The notes beneath the pieces were generated by a model, which saw only the letters and a program-made list of their open reading frames with translations, was not told the DNA's origin and made no database searches. Made by a program: the position numbers and the translations under genes. A DNA stretch of 64,000 nucleotides, taken from Felis catus. Taxonomy: Eukaryota. The stretch covers positions 186,560,001 through 186,624,000 of the forward strand of contig NC_058368.1 in the NCBI RefSeq assembly GCF_018350175.1, given 5' to 3'. The stretch's first letter is position 1; every line of letters begins with the position of its first letter. Of this stretch, positions 1 to 12,670 are shown piece after piece.

Positions 1-1740
1 CAAGTTGGTCCCTTCTTTTTAACTCAAAAGTGGATGGTCGGTACGTGTGGATGTCTTTAGGAAATAAATAAATCTCTCTAGATATATTTGGGCTGATGTG
101 TTATAAATCCAGGAATAGTTGTAAAGAAACCATCCATGCAAAAAATTGAAGACTGAATCAAATAAGATGGGCATAGTGATAACCAAGCAGGCATGGAACA
201 TGCTTAAATGAAATAAAGCCCTGCTTTTTTCTTCTATCATTTCCTTTGTCTTTGAGCCATAGTTGATAAGAATTTCTCAAGCTTCATATTAGTTACATTT
301 TAAAGGATAGAATCAGTTTTAGTATACTGTATGGGTGAAAGTCATAGGGAAGCACATTTCTTATAATTGTCATTATCCAAGAATGCAATACCAGACTTGC
401 CAGGTAGAGATTTTTGTTACTGGACATATCCAAGCAGAATTTGGGTTACCATCTGTCAGGGATTTGTGAGAAAGGCTTCTTTTATTAAAGAGGAAGGTTG
501 GAACCAGAAAATAAAATCACAATAATCCCACCACTTTTAACACCTTACTGTACTTCCATCCGAATTTCTTTAGTCTAAGTCACAAATATATGTATTTATA
601 CTGTTTTATGCCACATTTTATACTAGCAACTACTTCTACCTTTCTATTTTAACATGTTTGCTCCTATAACATACCATATTAAGTTTTCTCCCCAAGTTTT
701 CCTTAGCAGTAGACTTCCTTGAAGCAGAATTCTGAATCCAGGATTACAACATGTATCTGAGGGTTGTTTATCTTAAATCTATTTTAATCTACTTCAATCC
801 CATTTTAAAAATAATACTGACTTGATAAAGAGATGAGACAATAGCATATTTAGCCTACTTTTTTGGTTTTTTCATTTTTGTTTTCTTGGTTGTATCCAAT
901 TTTTACATAATAGAACCCTTCTACCAGTTCATTCAGAATTATTTTTTGAGACATAACCATGTGTTAGGTTCTCTACTCATCCGTGGGAAAACAGTAGTAA
1001 ACAAGATATGGAGGAACTTTGTGTTGGTATGGCTTGCAGGCTAAGAAAGAAAAATAAAGAGGTCCTTTCTAAAGAACACAAAAACATCACATGTAAATGG
1101 AGAAAATATTTGCAATGTCATTTACTATAATGTGTGATCATTTCTCATTGAGTTTGCAAAACTCGAATTCTGGTAGTTCCTATTTATTACATCGTCAGTG
1201 AGTTGGAGAAATTCTGTAATGAATAAGGTTAATAAGTTTCTTTACTATAGGACTTCTCAGCAGTAAACTAACGTGCGTGGCAAATCTGTAAGAAAAAAAA
1301 CATAAAATGCATGTAATGTTTTCCTAACACAATTAACCATGACACACTTTTCCTGAGAAACATCTTTGTGAAACTATTGTTATGTAGAAAATGTTTTGGC
1401 TAGGCTGATTATCTATGTGAAAATTCCTAGGCTGATGATACATGTAAAAATTCCTAGCACAGCCAAGTAGGAAATACAGTGAAAGTCTTGAGACTCTGAA
1501 GTCAAATAGAATACTTGTTGCCTGCTTTTCAGATTTCTTTGTAAATGGCAATTAAAGAAAAAAATGATCAACTCAAAATAACATAATCTTCTTAAAATTC
1601 TGTATTGAATAAGACAGACTGGATCAATGGACTTGTATGCCAGAAGGGGTATCTTTGAATATTTGTCACTGATCATGCAGAAAGTATGCATTGTAAAAGA
1701 ATTAATATGACCATCTATGCTCATGCCTCTGAGGCACCAC

Positions 1741-1935
1741 TTTTTAAAAATTGAAATATGATTAACATACAATGCTATATTAGTTTCACATGTACAACAC
1801 GTTGATTCAATGATTCTGTACATTCCATACATTATTCCGTACTCACCACAGTAAGTGTAGTCACCATCTGTCACTAGACAACTTTGTTATAATATTGTTG
1901 GCCGTATTCTCTATGATGTACTTCTCATCTCCATA
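1741..1935 (-). mobile_element. 5'-truncated L1 3' terminus (L1MA/L1_Carn-like) with TSD
   Basis: Reverse complement reads ...gtgacagatggtgactacacttactgtggtgag...gaaactaatatagcattgtatgttaatcatatttcaatttttaaaaa. Flanking ggcaccac(c)tttttaa at 1733 and 1937. Confidence 0.8.
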
Positions 1936-4229
1936 GGGCACCACCTTTTTAAGTATTGTGGGTTCCACATTATATACCATGCTGTAAAGATTTGACAATG
2001 GCCCAACAATCAACTTGACTACTATAGAGAAGACAGTTTCAATATTAACATATATAAAAGATGCTCCTTTCTCCCATGAGACAGCCTTTGGGACTCTCTT
2101 GAGATTCTTGAGATTCTTAAGGAGCATAAAGTGAGAAGGAATGATGTTGGACATCATTTTTCACAATTTTTCAAAATTTTCAAAAATTGTCACAGTAACT
2201 ATCTTGCTACAAAGTCATCAAAATCCTTTCAATTAGGAACCAACTCTACCTCATGCAACTAAAAGAAGACAGGGACACTAGCTGGGTGGACTTAGAATTG
2301 TTTTGTCAGGTCTCCTTTTGTAGAAAGTATATAGTTTCATTTTCTAAATCTCTGAAATCAAAGCACAAATGCACACATTGTGAAGGACCTGTTTTCCTTG
2401 CTACCTTCCCACCTCCACCATTGTAAGGTAATTTAATGGTTAATGAATTAATGAATGGTTAATGGTTAATAAATTTAATGGTTAATGTGTGCAAGCAACA
2501 AAACTTACTGTTCATGGTGAAGGTGAGAATGGGGAGAATGTACAAGATGGCAAGGTCTGACATCTTAGGGTCTGTATCCACTCAGCCCTTAAGTGCCTAG
2601 ATGGCCATGGGCAGGATTCTAAGTTTCAGGGTTTCAGTTTCCTCTTCCGTAAATTTAGAGGACTGGACTCCAAACTGACTAACGGTCTCCCAGCTCTAGG
2701 AACTGGACTGCCTGTGATGATTTGGGCATTTGGGACCATTGTCTGCCTTCTGGATCATTTGCACTGGAACCTGGGAAAGGTCAACGGCCAAATCAATATA
2801 GTTTCCGAATATGAATTTTCAGTTTGGTATTAAGTATTAAAAGCACATCATTAACTCTTCCTTTGAAACTCATGGAGTCAGAACAAACTTGAACTTTTTA
2901 TAAGACTCTTACTATAATTTTATTATTAAGGTTACTTGCATGGATTAAAGCTAACCATGTAATAGCAGATTTGGGGATGGAATAAATTTTAGAATGCTTC
3001 TGACCTTGGTGAAGGTAAGATGCTATTCCTCTCTATGGAAAAAGTGTTCAGAAAAAAAGCCTATTCTAAGTGATATAGGTGCCATATATAGAAGGGCATA
3101 ACATATTTTTAAATTGCCATTTATATTTTCACTTTGGGGGAAGTCAGAAATTTATTTTGATGTATAACAACTCCATTTATCATAGGGCCCTAGAACATCT
3201 ATGACAACTTTTTTTCTCTTCAGAAATAAGTAAGTGTGATTATTAGAAAGAGACATTGAACAGAAAGTGCTAAAATTGATCATAATGATAACATATTGAG
3301 ATTGTGTTCTGTGCCAAGGCCTTCATGTGTATTAACACTAATACTCCCTATGATTCTGCCAATAGGCTTCTTCACCTATATGGCTGTTTTTAATGTGTGA
3401 TCCTATTCACCCACTTGCCTTTAGTCTACTTTCAGGAAAAACTGGATTTAGTATATAAAATACTGGGCCTATTATTACATTGTACTTAATACATGATAGG
3501 TAACCACGTATTTGGTTAAATGTATTTGTTGCTTAACTAGATGCATGTTTGTTATTAAATATGTATAGACTATTTCATATTTGTTTTTCATCTGTCATGT
3601 ATCTCCTGTTAGACAAGAATGGAAGTATACATTTACTGTTTATTTGAAAACTCAAATCGATAGCCCTTTAGCTTAGTTGATAGTGAGAATGTTTTTTTTT
3701 CATCCTTTTAAGTATGCTAAAATGATAAATTATAATTATATTCATCCTTAAACTATAAACATTTATTCATTTCTTAATGGATGAAAGTAGCACTTTTTGA
3801 ATTTTATGAAGTGCCCTAATGGCCATAAGTTGACCAAATTTACACTTCCTGCATATCTAGTTTCCTATAACACTAGTTCAAGTCCACTCAAATCTTCTTG
3901 AGAAGTAAGATCATACACTATACAAAATGATATTTTAATCTGGTACCAAAAATACAATAGCTATCCTATTAAGAATAGTTATTATTTATTTGCTTTCTTA
4001 AATAATAACGGCCAATACTGACCACTTACTTTGTACCAGGCATAGAAACACATGTACTCTTTAATTATTACAAGAATCTTGCAAGAGAGTCACCGTTCTC
4101 TTCAGTATGCAGAGGAGACCGTAGGGCTCCTCTTGTTGGAGGCTGCACAGGAAGTAGGTAATCTAGTCATTGAAACTCCAGTTCTATCATGATCCATGAA
4201 TTTAATAGATGAACATCTATGCTCTGCAG

Positions 4230-4395
4230 CATTAGGCTAACACCAGCTTTTGTAACTGACTTAACACAATAGAAGTTTATTTCTTACTCATTGAACAGAT
4301 GAGTGCATTTGATCCTCTTTGAGCAAGCAGCTTTCCTTTTTGCTGTGACCCAGGGACTCTGGTTCTTTCCATTTGGGAGCTCTGTCATTATCATT
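4230..4395. mobile_element. MaLR LTR fragment (MLT1-like)
   Basis: gacttaacacaatagaagtttatttcttactca...gtgacccagggactctggttctttccat resembles recalled MLT1I/J consensus. Confidence 0.45.
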
Positions 4396-4545
4396 GGAAG
4401 GATAAGAAAGGGCCGCTGTGTTCAGAAAGCAATACATTGTACTGGTTTGTGTTTAATGGCATCAAAAAGATAATGAGGAGAGTGGATGAGAAGGCTGGGA
4501 AAAAGAGTCCCAGGCTTAGCTTGATAAATTGTAAGGATTTTGAAG

Positions 4546-4546
<1 letters not shown>

Positions 4547-4587
<41 letters not shown>
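4547..4587 (+). repeat. (TG)20 microsatellite
   Basis: Direct read. Confidence 0.95.
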
Positions 4588-4589
<2 letters not shown>

Positions 4590-4840
4590 GATAAATTTGT
4601 AATACCTGGAGCACTGCGTTGAGAAAATTACCTGAAAGGTTCAATGTGTTTGTGGTTACTCTGGATAGTGATATTTTGAGTTGTTTAAATTTTCTTCATC
4701 ATAATCTTTACGCTGTGTTCAGATATTCTATAATCAGTTTTATGATAATAAAAACCAATAAGAACATTTAAAAAAATCCACTGAGAGACATGTTTATACA
4801 TCATGCAGGGCCAGGACCAGAGTGGGGTGTTAGGATGCAC

Positions 4841-5243
4841 TTTTCTTTTCTTTTCTTTCCTTTTCTTTCCTTTTCTTTCCTTTTCTTTCCTTTTCTTTCC
4901 TTTTCTTTCCTTTTCTTTCCTTTTCTTTCCTTTTCTTTCCTTTTCTTTCCTTTTCTTTCCTTTTCTTTCCTTTTCTTTCCTTTTCTTTCCTTTCCTTTCC
5001 TTTTCTTTTCTTTTCTTTCCTTTTCTTTTCTTTTCTTGTTAATGTTTATTCACTTTTTGGGAGACAGAGACAGAGTGTGAGCAGGGCAGGGGGCAGAGAG
5101 AGAGGGAGACACAGAATCAGAAGCACGCTCCAGGCTCTGAGCTATCAGCACAGAGCCCGACATGGGGCTTGAACTCACGAACTGCGAGATCATGACCTGA
5201 GTTGAAGTCGGACGCTAAACCGACTGAGCCACCCAGGCGCCCC
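4841..5243 (-). mobile_element. Can-SINE (SINEC_Fc-type) whose tail has expanded into a decamer repeat
   Basis: SINE body about 5038-5243 ending gagccacccaggcgcccc; TSD aggatgcac at 4832-4840 and 5244-5252. Confidence 0.92.
4851..4990 (+). repeat. (TTTTCTTTCC)14 perfect decamer tandem repeat
   Basis: Direct read; part of a pure pyrimidine run 4840-5037. Confidence 0.95.
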
Positions 5244-6684
5244 AGGATGCACATTTTAAGAAGAATTGTGAAGTGCTGACTTTACACTTGCAGAAGGCAG
5301 ATATGTAGGGGGTGATCATACTCACACAAAAAGGAGGATGCCACTTTGACCTCAGAAATCCTGGTCTGTTGATGTACCTCAGGAGATATTAAGAATATCT
5401 GATACAGACAGGGCAGTGGTAAAGTTCTGTGCCCAATGCCACTTTCGTCTCAAAAAAATTTTTAAGCTGGTTTTGCCTCCAAAAGTGATCATATGCATTT
5501 CTGTTTCATCTTAGCACATCAGGTATTCTCTTGGAAGCATTGACTAAGCATATTCTCTTTGTTCCAGCCTGGGTCGGCAGATTAGCCTTCTCAGCTTCTA
5601 CAAGCTTGTCAAAAATATGAAAGCAATGATATGTACTTACTTTAAAATGTCCTTTCTTTTTAATACTGTCAGATCTCTTCAGAGGCTATAGCTTCAGAAA
5701 GAATGAGCCTATTTCACACTGAGCAGAACAAAAATAAACATCTAAAATATGGAAAAGGGTCTATATAGCACTACCTGTCTCTGTCATTTCCTCATGCTTT
5801 TCACTTTTCCTATAAAAGCACTGCTCAGAATTGAAGGAAAAGCTGAAATAGCCAGATAAGATAGGATGTTGTCTACCCATTGCAAGTATGCATAAATAAG
5901 ACAAATGTATATGAAAGGGCACATAATATGATATATATGTCATTATAGTCAGTCATGGCAAACACTCATGAAATGTGTGTGGGATAATTGTTTGCCTATT
6001 CCCTTCTCCCTAAAATCTCTTGCAAAGTTATTCTTCTGTAACTGACAGATTATAGCACCTTGTAGGAAATTCCATGGGAGATCAACAAATGCAAGAAGTA
6101 TGTTGTAAATAATTTCATTTTGACACACTCAGTAATAATATGTACCACTGGCCAGTGTGCCATAGGTAGAAAATGGATTATTAAAACTTAATTCCAAAGA
6201 TCACTTTTGAGACCACCATCAGACATGATACCATGTCTGGTGAATGTAGTAATTTACATCAATGATAACTCAATGAATTTGATTTGAAAACAGAATGGTG
6301 ATATGTATGTAACTTCTGTTTTTCAAGGTGAGTTTTAAAAGTTAACTTACTGGTATTATGTAAAGTAGCTATAAATGCAATTTTCCTTGGAGATTTTGTA
6401 TATATCTATATATCCCAAACAGTTTTTTCCTTATTAACTTGGTCAAACCAATCTTTCTGTATCATGTAGCAAGAAAGATTGTGACATGAATTTTTTACTC
6501 AATTCATTTGTGTGAAAGAGAAAGAATAGTTCCAGCTTTTCTTATATTTTCACAAAATTTCATGTAAAAAATGGGAAGGTTTACTAAATCACTATATACA
6601 TATCCAAAATTAAAAAGCAAATGATTGTTGTTTGCAAAATGATTATTTTTCTCACATAGTAACTTAGCTAATAAGTGTACCTAA

Positions 6685-7421
6685 TATATTTTTAAGTGAA
6701 CAGTTCAGTAGTATTAAGTATATTTATATTAGTGTGCTACCAGTCTCCAGAACTCTTTTTATCTCATGAAACTAAAACTCTTTACCTATCAAACAACTCT
6801 ACTTTTCTTTCTCCTCCCAGTAACTAGAAAAATAAAATTATATTTTCTGTTTCTATGAATTTTACCACTTTAGATATCTCATATGAACAGAATCATACAG
6901 TATCTCTCTCTTTGTGACTGGCTTGTTTCACTTAGCATAATGTCTTCAAGGTTTATCCATATTGTAGCATGTGCCAGAATTTTCTTCCTTGTAAAGACAG
7001 AAAAAAATAATCTATTGTATCTGCTACATTTTAACTATTCATCTATTAATGGATATTTGGGTTGCTTTCATATCTTGACTATTGTGAATAATGCTGCTAT
7101 GAACATGGGTGTGCAAATATCTCTTCAGGATCTCACTTTCAATTCTTGTGGATGTATACACAGAAGTGGGATTGCTGAATCATACAATAATTCTAATTTT
7201 AATGTTTTGAAGAACTACCATATTGTTTTCTATATCAGCTGTATCACTTTACATTCCCACGAACAGTATGCAGAGTTCTAATTTCTCTACATCCTCATCA
7301 GCACTTTCATTCTTTCTGCCTTCCTCCCCATTTCTCTTCCTTCCTTCCTTCCTTCCTTCCTTCCTTCCTTCCTTCCTTCCTTCCTTCCTTCCTTTTTCTT
7401 TCTTTTCTTTCTTTCTTTCTT

Positions 7422-7479
<58 letters not shown>

Positions 7480-8365
7480 CTTTCTTCCTTCCTTCCTTCC
7501 TTCCTTCCTTCCTTCCTTCCTTCCTTCCTTCCTTTCTTTTTCTTCATTTCTTTCTGCCATCCTAATAGATGTGAAGTGATGTCTCACTGTGGTTTTGATT
7601 TATATTCTCTAATTATAAGTAATATTTAGCATCTTTTCATATGTTTATTGGTCATTTGAGTGTTGATTTTGGAAACATGCCTTTTTAAGACCTTTGCCCA
7701 TGTTTTAGCCAGATTATTATTTTCATTATTACTTATTTTTGAGTCGTAGGAATTCTCTGTACATTCAGGATATCAACCTCTTGTCAGATAGATGATTTGC
7801 AAAAAATTTCTCCCATTCCATAGATTATCTTTTCATTCTTTGGGTTGTATCATTTGACCACAGATGACTTTTAAATTCCTGTAGTCCCATTTGTGTATTT
7901 TCACTTTTGTTGCCAGTGCTTTTGGTGTTATATCCAAGAAATCATTGACAAATCCATCTCATGATGCTTTTTCTCTGTGTTTTCTTCTCGTAGTTTTATA
8001 GTTTTAGATCTTACATTTAGGTCTTTAATCTATTTTGAGTGATTTTTATATGTGGGTGTAAGGTAAGGGTCCAACTTCATTCTTTTGCATGTTGAGATCC
8101 ACTTTTTCCAACATCATTTGTTACAGAGACTGCTATCTCTTCCTTTGAGTAGTCTTGGCACTCTGTTGAAGACAATTTTTCATACACAAGGGTTTTTTTT
8201 CTGGACTTTCCATTCTATTCTATTGGCGTATATGTCTATTTTTATACCAGTAGAACATTTTTTAGATTAGAGTAGCTTTGTAATAAATTTTGAAACTAGG
8301 AGGTGTGAGATCATCTACTTTGCATTAATTTTTAAAGATTGTTTTGGCTCTTCAGGATCTTTTGG
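6685..8365 (-). mobile_element. Old L1 (L1MA/L1MB-like) 3'UTR plus ORF2 3' end, decayed
   Basis: Antisense L1 motifs: tgactggcttgtttcacttagcataatgtcttcaagg, aataatgctgctatgaacatgggtgtgcaaatatct, ccaacttcattcttttgcatgt. Confidence 0.88.
7331..7545 (+). repeat. Compound (CTTC)n(CTTT)n(CT)n(CTTT)n(CTTC)n polypyrimidine microsatellite inside L1
   Basis: 215 nt with no purine. Confidence 0.95.
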
Positions 8366-10879
8366 GTCATCATTGCCATCATGCTACTGAAAAAAAACTT
8401 CCTGAAATTGTATGACTCCAAGGCAAGTTTTAGTTTGCTGAAACTATTTTCCAATTGAATTATTTCTGAATAAATGCATTACTACAGATAGTACCATATA
8501 GTCTCTCTGAATACTGTGGGTTTCTCAGTATTAAGGTATGCATCCTGCCAAAAACAGGTATTTTAATCATTCTGCAGGATCAAAGTGAGTTTATGCAGTC
8601 ATCTTTTGTATAAAATTGAGTCTCTGTTTGCTCAGGAATATGTGCCTATATACACAACTTTAGTATTCAAATCCCAGAGAATTCTCAGGGAATATTTTAT
8701 GTATGCTCATGATTGTTCTAGTTTCTTTGTTGTTGTATGTGGCTTTGTAGGTAGGTACATAGATAGTTAAATAAATAGATAATTTCCTCCATCACTTTTT
8801 GGAGGGGGTGGAGGAAAATAGAAGCAATGTTGGGAAATGATGACTCAAGCTCAAAACTGACAGCAAGGTCAGTGTTCTACAGGCAGGTCAATATAGTACG
8901 AAAAACATGGTCTACATGGTCAGATGTTTCCCTAGCCAAATCATGACTTAGAAAATTATTGACTGAGTGACATCAGAAAAGTGACTCACATCTCCATGTT
9001 TCAGATGTGTCACCTAGAAAATGGAGATAATGAAATAATGATAATTGTTAACAGCAAACGTTTATAGAACACTTAATCTGAGGCAGGCATTCTGCTAATC
9101 ACTTTCCTTGGGTGAACTTCCTTTCTAATAGGGACTATGATTTGCTTTGTTTTACAGAGCATGATGTCTCAGGTAGGTTAGGTAGCATGGCCAAAATCTC
9201 ACCGCAGCTAGTAAATGGTAAATCTATCCAGTATATACCCCATAGGGCTGTTGTGATGATTAATGAGATAATGCATGTAAAAAGTGTTAGCTTAGGGCCA
9301 GTGTTAGGTATTAGAGTCGGAGAAAGGCTAAGTAGATGGCAAAATACTCTAAAGCAATTTGATATAAACTTAGAGTAAGGAAAAAAGCACAAAATGATAA
9401 GGGAACAAATCATATACAAAGTGTAATTTTGATGTTGATTATCTCAGAGTGAACTGAGTTCCCTACCAAGGGTGCCTTATATATTAAGATAGGGACAGAG
9501 ATAACGAATTACACTGGCTCAATTTTTAACCATCCTTGGAATTAGTCCCATTATCACTGAGAAGGTTGGTGTGTAGTAAAATGCAAAGTGAGCTAAGCAA
9601 AATAGTGGAAAAGCTCATTGTCTTGACCAAGTGCATTTTAGTTTCACATACAAGAAAATAAATCAGTCACTTCTCAACTTAGATTTCCCTTATGGGTGAT
9701 CTTAGGTACAGCTCTCATGTCCTGAATGTGTCTCTAGCAATTAGTCAGAGCTGCAGCCATGTGTTTCTTCTGAAATGCTGCAATTGAACATCTGGTGTGA
9801 TGGCTTCTATTAAGTGGGGGCTGAGTTTTACTTCATTACATTCTAGTTTAGGAGGTTGTGAATGTGGAAATATTGCCATGACCTATAATTGGATCAGCAA
9901 TTTGTGGGCTCAGATGTGGAAGACAGAGAGCATTTTAAAGAGCTAGGAATGTGGAAAGGGCTTTGTGGGAATATTTATATTTCTCTCTGAGTTCTTTCTG
10001 CTTTGGATAGATAATTGTGTCCTTCAGAAATCCTCATTCTCAGCCCTGGGGACTTTGCTAGTAGAATTCTAGAAGCTCTGAAAAACTGAAAGCACACCAG
10101 TAGCTCTGAGGGTTTCGGAGACATGTGGGAAAGGATAGAATGAAAACTCACTCTCAAATGCCATTGGGTGGGGAGAACAAATTCCTTGGGGGATTCAGGA
10201 GTAATGATTACTAAGGGGGTTAAAGAATCAAAACTGGAAACCCATAAGGACTAGTGAAGAAGTGAGAACAAGCTTCAGTGTGTCTGTGAATATTCGTAAG
10301 GGGCCAATGATGTTAAAGACAAGATGTTCAGGTCACTTTGTAAAGAAATAACAGCATGGCTTTTGACTTCGGAGAACACAGTACAGTTTCATTGGAGAGG
10401 TTACTTCCCTGCTCTAAATGACATTACAAAAGGGTTGAGAGGATGAACATGGACGGTGGCAGAGGGAGAAGAGGGAGAGTCCTCATAAATGCTGAGAGAA
10501 CGGGTTGAATTTGGGAAGGCAGACAAGGAAGGGCATGGGAAAAAAAATTAGCAAAATGGAATGTAAAGATGTGTTGGGGAGGTAAAAATTCTTTAGTTCA
10601 AACAAGAAGGTCAGGAGAGTGATTAGTTGAACATCAATGGAGTGACAGAATCCTAGAACATCTGCAGCTCAAACTCTGAAATCTCTGATGCTCTTAATTT
10701 CAGTTCATTCACTTTGGATGAGCAAACAGAGATGCAGAGAGGTGAAGTGAGTAGAGCAGACCTTAAGGAGCATATGACATTGGAATTTACAAGCAATGGA
10801 GTCTTGTGGAAAGCTTTTTGAAAGAATCCATTAATTCAAACTTCCATTGCAGTGTAAAAAGGTGCTGTGTGTGTTCACA

Positions 10880-11120
10880 TCCTCTGAGTATGATACAAGA
10901 GACAGATCTGAAATCTTTACATTAGAAAAAAAGAAATTTCCTAACAGTATAAATAAGACTGATATTAGTGTCAGGGGAAGAATCTAGGATCTCCTTTTTT
11001 AGTATTTAGGAGGAAAATTAAGGATGGATTTTCATCTCTCAATGGTAGTTACATGTGAATTTCCCTGGTGTGGAAAAACAGTTTATCACTAACGGTCTTG
11101 TGTGATTCTAGTTAAAATCC
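10880..11120 (+). mobile_element. L3/CR1-like ancient LINE 3' fragment
   Basis: aagaaatttcctaacagt...ggatctcctttttt...ggatggattttcatctctc resembles the recalled CR1/L3 3' end. Confidence 0.4.
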
Positions 11121-11520
11121 CTTGATCAATACAAAGGAGATTTGTGTTTTGTTAATAACAAGCCAAAAGGCTGAGGATTTTCCATTGATGACACTGAATG
11201 CATTTCCTTTTCCTTTATGCTGAGCTCTAACATGCAGAGAGTAAAGACATATTTTTAATATTAGAGTATCTTTTTATAATATAATTCAATGAGGAATTAT
11301 TAGTTTATATAGTTTTTGTTGAGAAGTAATTTATATTTATAAAATGAAATAATATAGATTACCAAAGGAATTAAAAATCTCTTGGCAACTTAGCATACAG
11401 AAATACCACGGTTAATATTTATATTCTTAGACATCTTTTTCCAGTATATATTTATATATTTCAAAATGTGATCATATTATGCATATTGTTTTGCAGTATT
11501 ATTTAAAAAACAATAATATA

Positions 11521-11719
11521 TGAGGCACCTGGGTGGTTCATCGTCTCAGGTCATGATCTCACAGCTGTAAGTTCAAGCCCCGCATCGGGCTCTGTGCTGA
11601 CAGCTCAGAGCCTGCAGCCTGCTTTGGATTTTGTGTCTCCCTCTCTTCTCTGCCCCTCCCCAGCTCGCACTGTCTTTCTCTCTCCCTCAAAAATAAATAA
11701 TAAAACATTTTAAAAAATT
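11521..11719 (+). mobile_element. Can-SINE with a short deletion in the tRNA-derived head
   Basis: ggcacctgggtggttca-tcgtctcaggtcatgatctc...aaaataaataa; TSD aaaaaacaataa(t/c)ata at 11505-11520 and 11720-11735. Confidence 0.9.
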
Positions 11720-11852
11720 AAAAAACAATAACATAATAATATGTTGAGAACATCTATTCATGTCAATAAATATTTTTACAATGTAATTTTAATCCCAGCA
11801 TATATTCCATCATATATTTGTACTATATTGTATTTATAGTTTTGTGCTGATG

Positions 11853-11855
<3 letters not shown>

Positions 11856-11890
<35 letters not shown>
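11856..11890 (+). repeat. (TG)n microsatellite
   Basis: Direct read. Confidence 0.95.
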
Positions 11891-11892
<2 letters not shown>

Positions 11893-11934
11893 CTAATGCA
11901 GCAGTAGCATTTGGGGAGATAAATGTGCATTGTC

Positions 11935-12670
11935 TTTCATTCAGTCTTTCACAGCTTTCAATAGATAGTATATTATTACTCGGTGCTAAACTCTCTTTTA
12001 GACATGAGAACATAGTGATAAACAAGTTCAAGAAAACTTCATAGTTTCATGGAATGTACCTTCTATTGGGAGAGATGAAAAAGAAAGTAAGCCAATAAAT
12101 AAACATGACTAGTTGAAAAAGATGGTCGGTATTATAAACATAAGAAAAATGGGGGATGAGATAGGACTGTTGGGGTTGAGAGTAAGATGGTCAAGGAAGG
12201 GCCTCCTGAGTAGGTTTGATCTTTGAGTTGAACTCTGAGTCTCAAAGAAGAGCCAACTACACTCAGGTACATAGGTTCTCCAGTTAGTCAATTATTAAGA
12301 GTTTGTAAGGCTGAAGGAGCTTGGGATATTTGTAAAACAGAGAAAAATCTTAGCTAATGGACTTAGTGAGTTGAGGTAACAGAAGAAAAGAGGTTGCAGG
12401 AGGCAAGATTAGAGAGGCATGCAGAGTCCAGGTTATGTAGTACCTTAAAGGCCATGGTAGTAAGTTTGGGTTTAATCTAAGTGCAGTGAAAAGCATCTGG
12501 ATGGTATTAACCAAGGGAGACATGAACTGTGTTATGTTTCTACTACCCTGTGAAGACAAGGTTTATAAGCAAGGAGATAGTAACAATGGCATTACAGTCA
12601 CTCACAAATCATGGTGATTTAAACTAGGCTGTTAGAATTGGAGACACAAAAGTAAGAGACTTGTAATGTT
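11935..12670 (-). mobile_element. L2 LINE 3' fragment
   Basis: Antisense L2 motifs: ggtcaaggaagggcctcctgagtagg, ttgagttgaactctga, ggccatggtagtaagtttgggtttaatct. Confidence 0.7.

Noticed and set aside
1413..1874. Longest ORF in the track (153 aa, minus strand)
   Set aside because: Starts in an L1 3'UTR fragment, has no recognisable domain or splice context, and is probably chance.
4790..7587. Low-complexity F/S/L/P-rich and K/E/G/R-rich ORFs
   Set aside because: Translations of pyrimidine or purine microsatellites.
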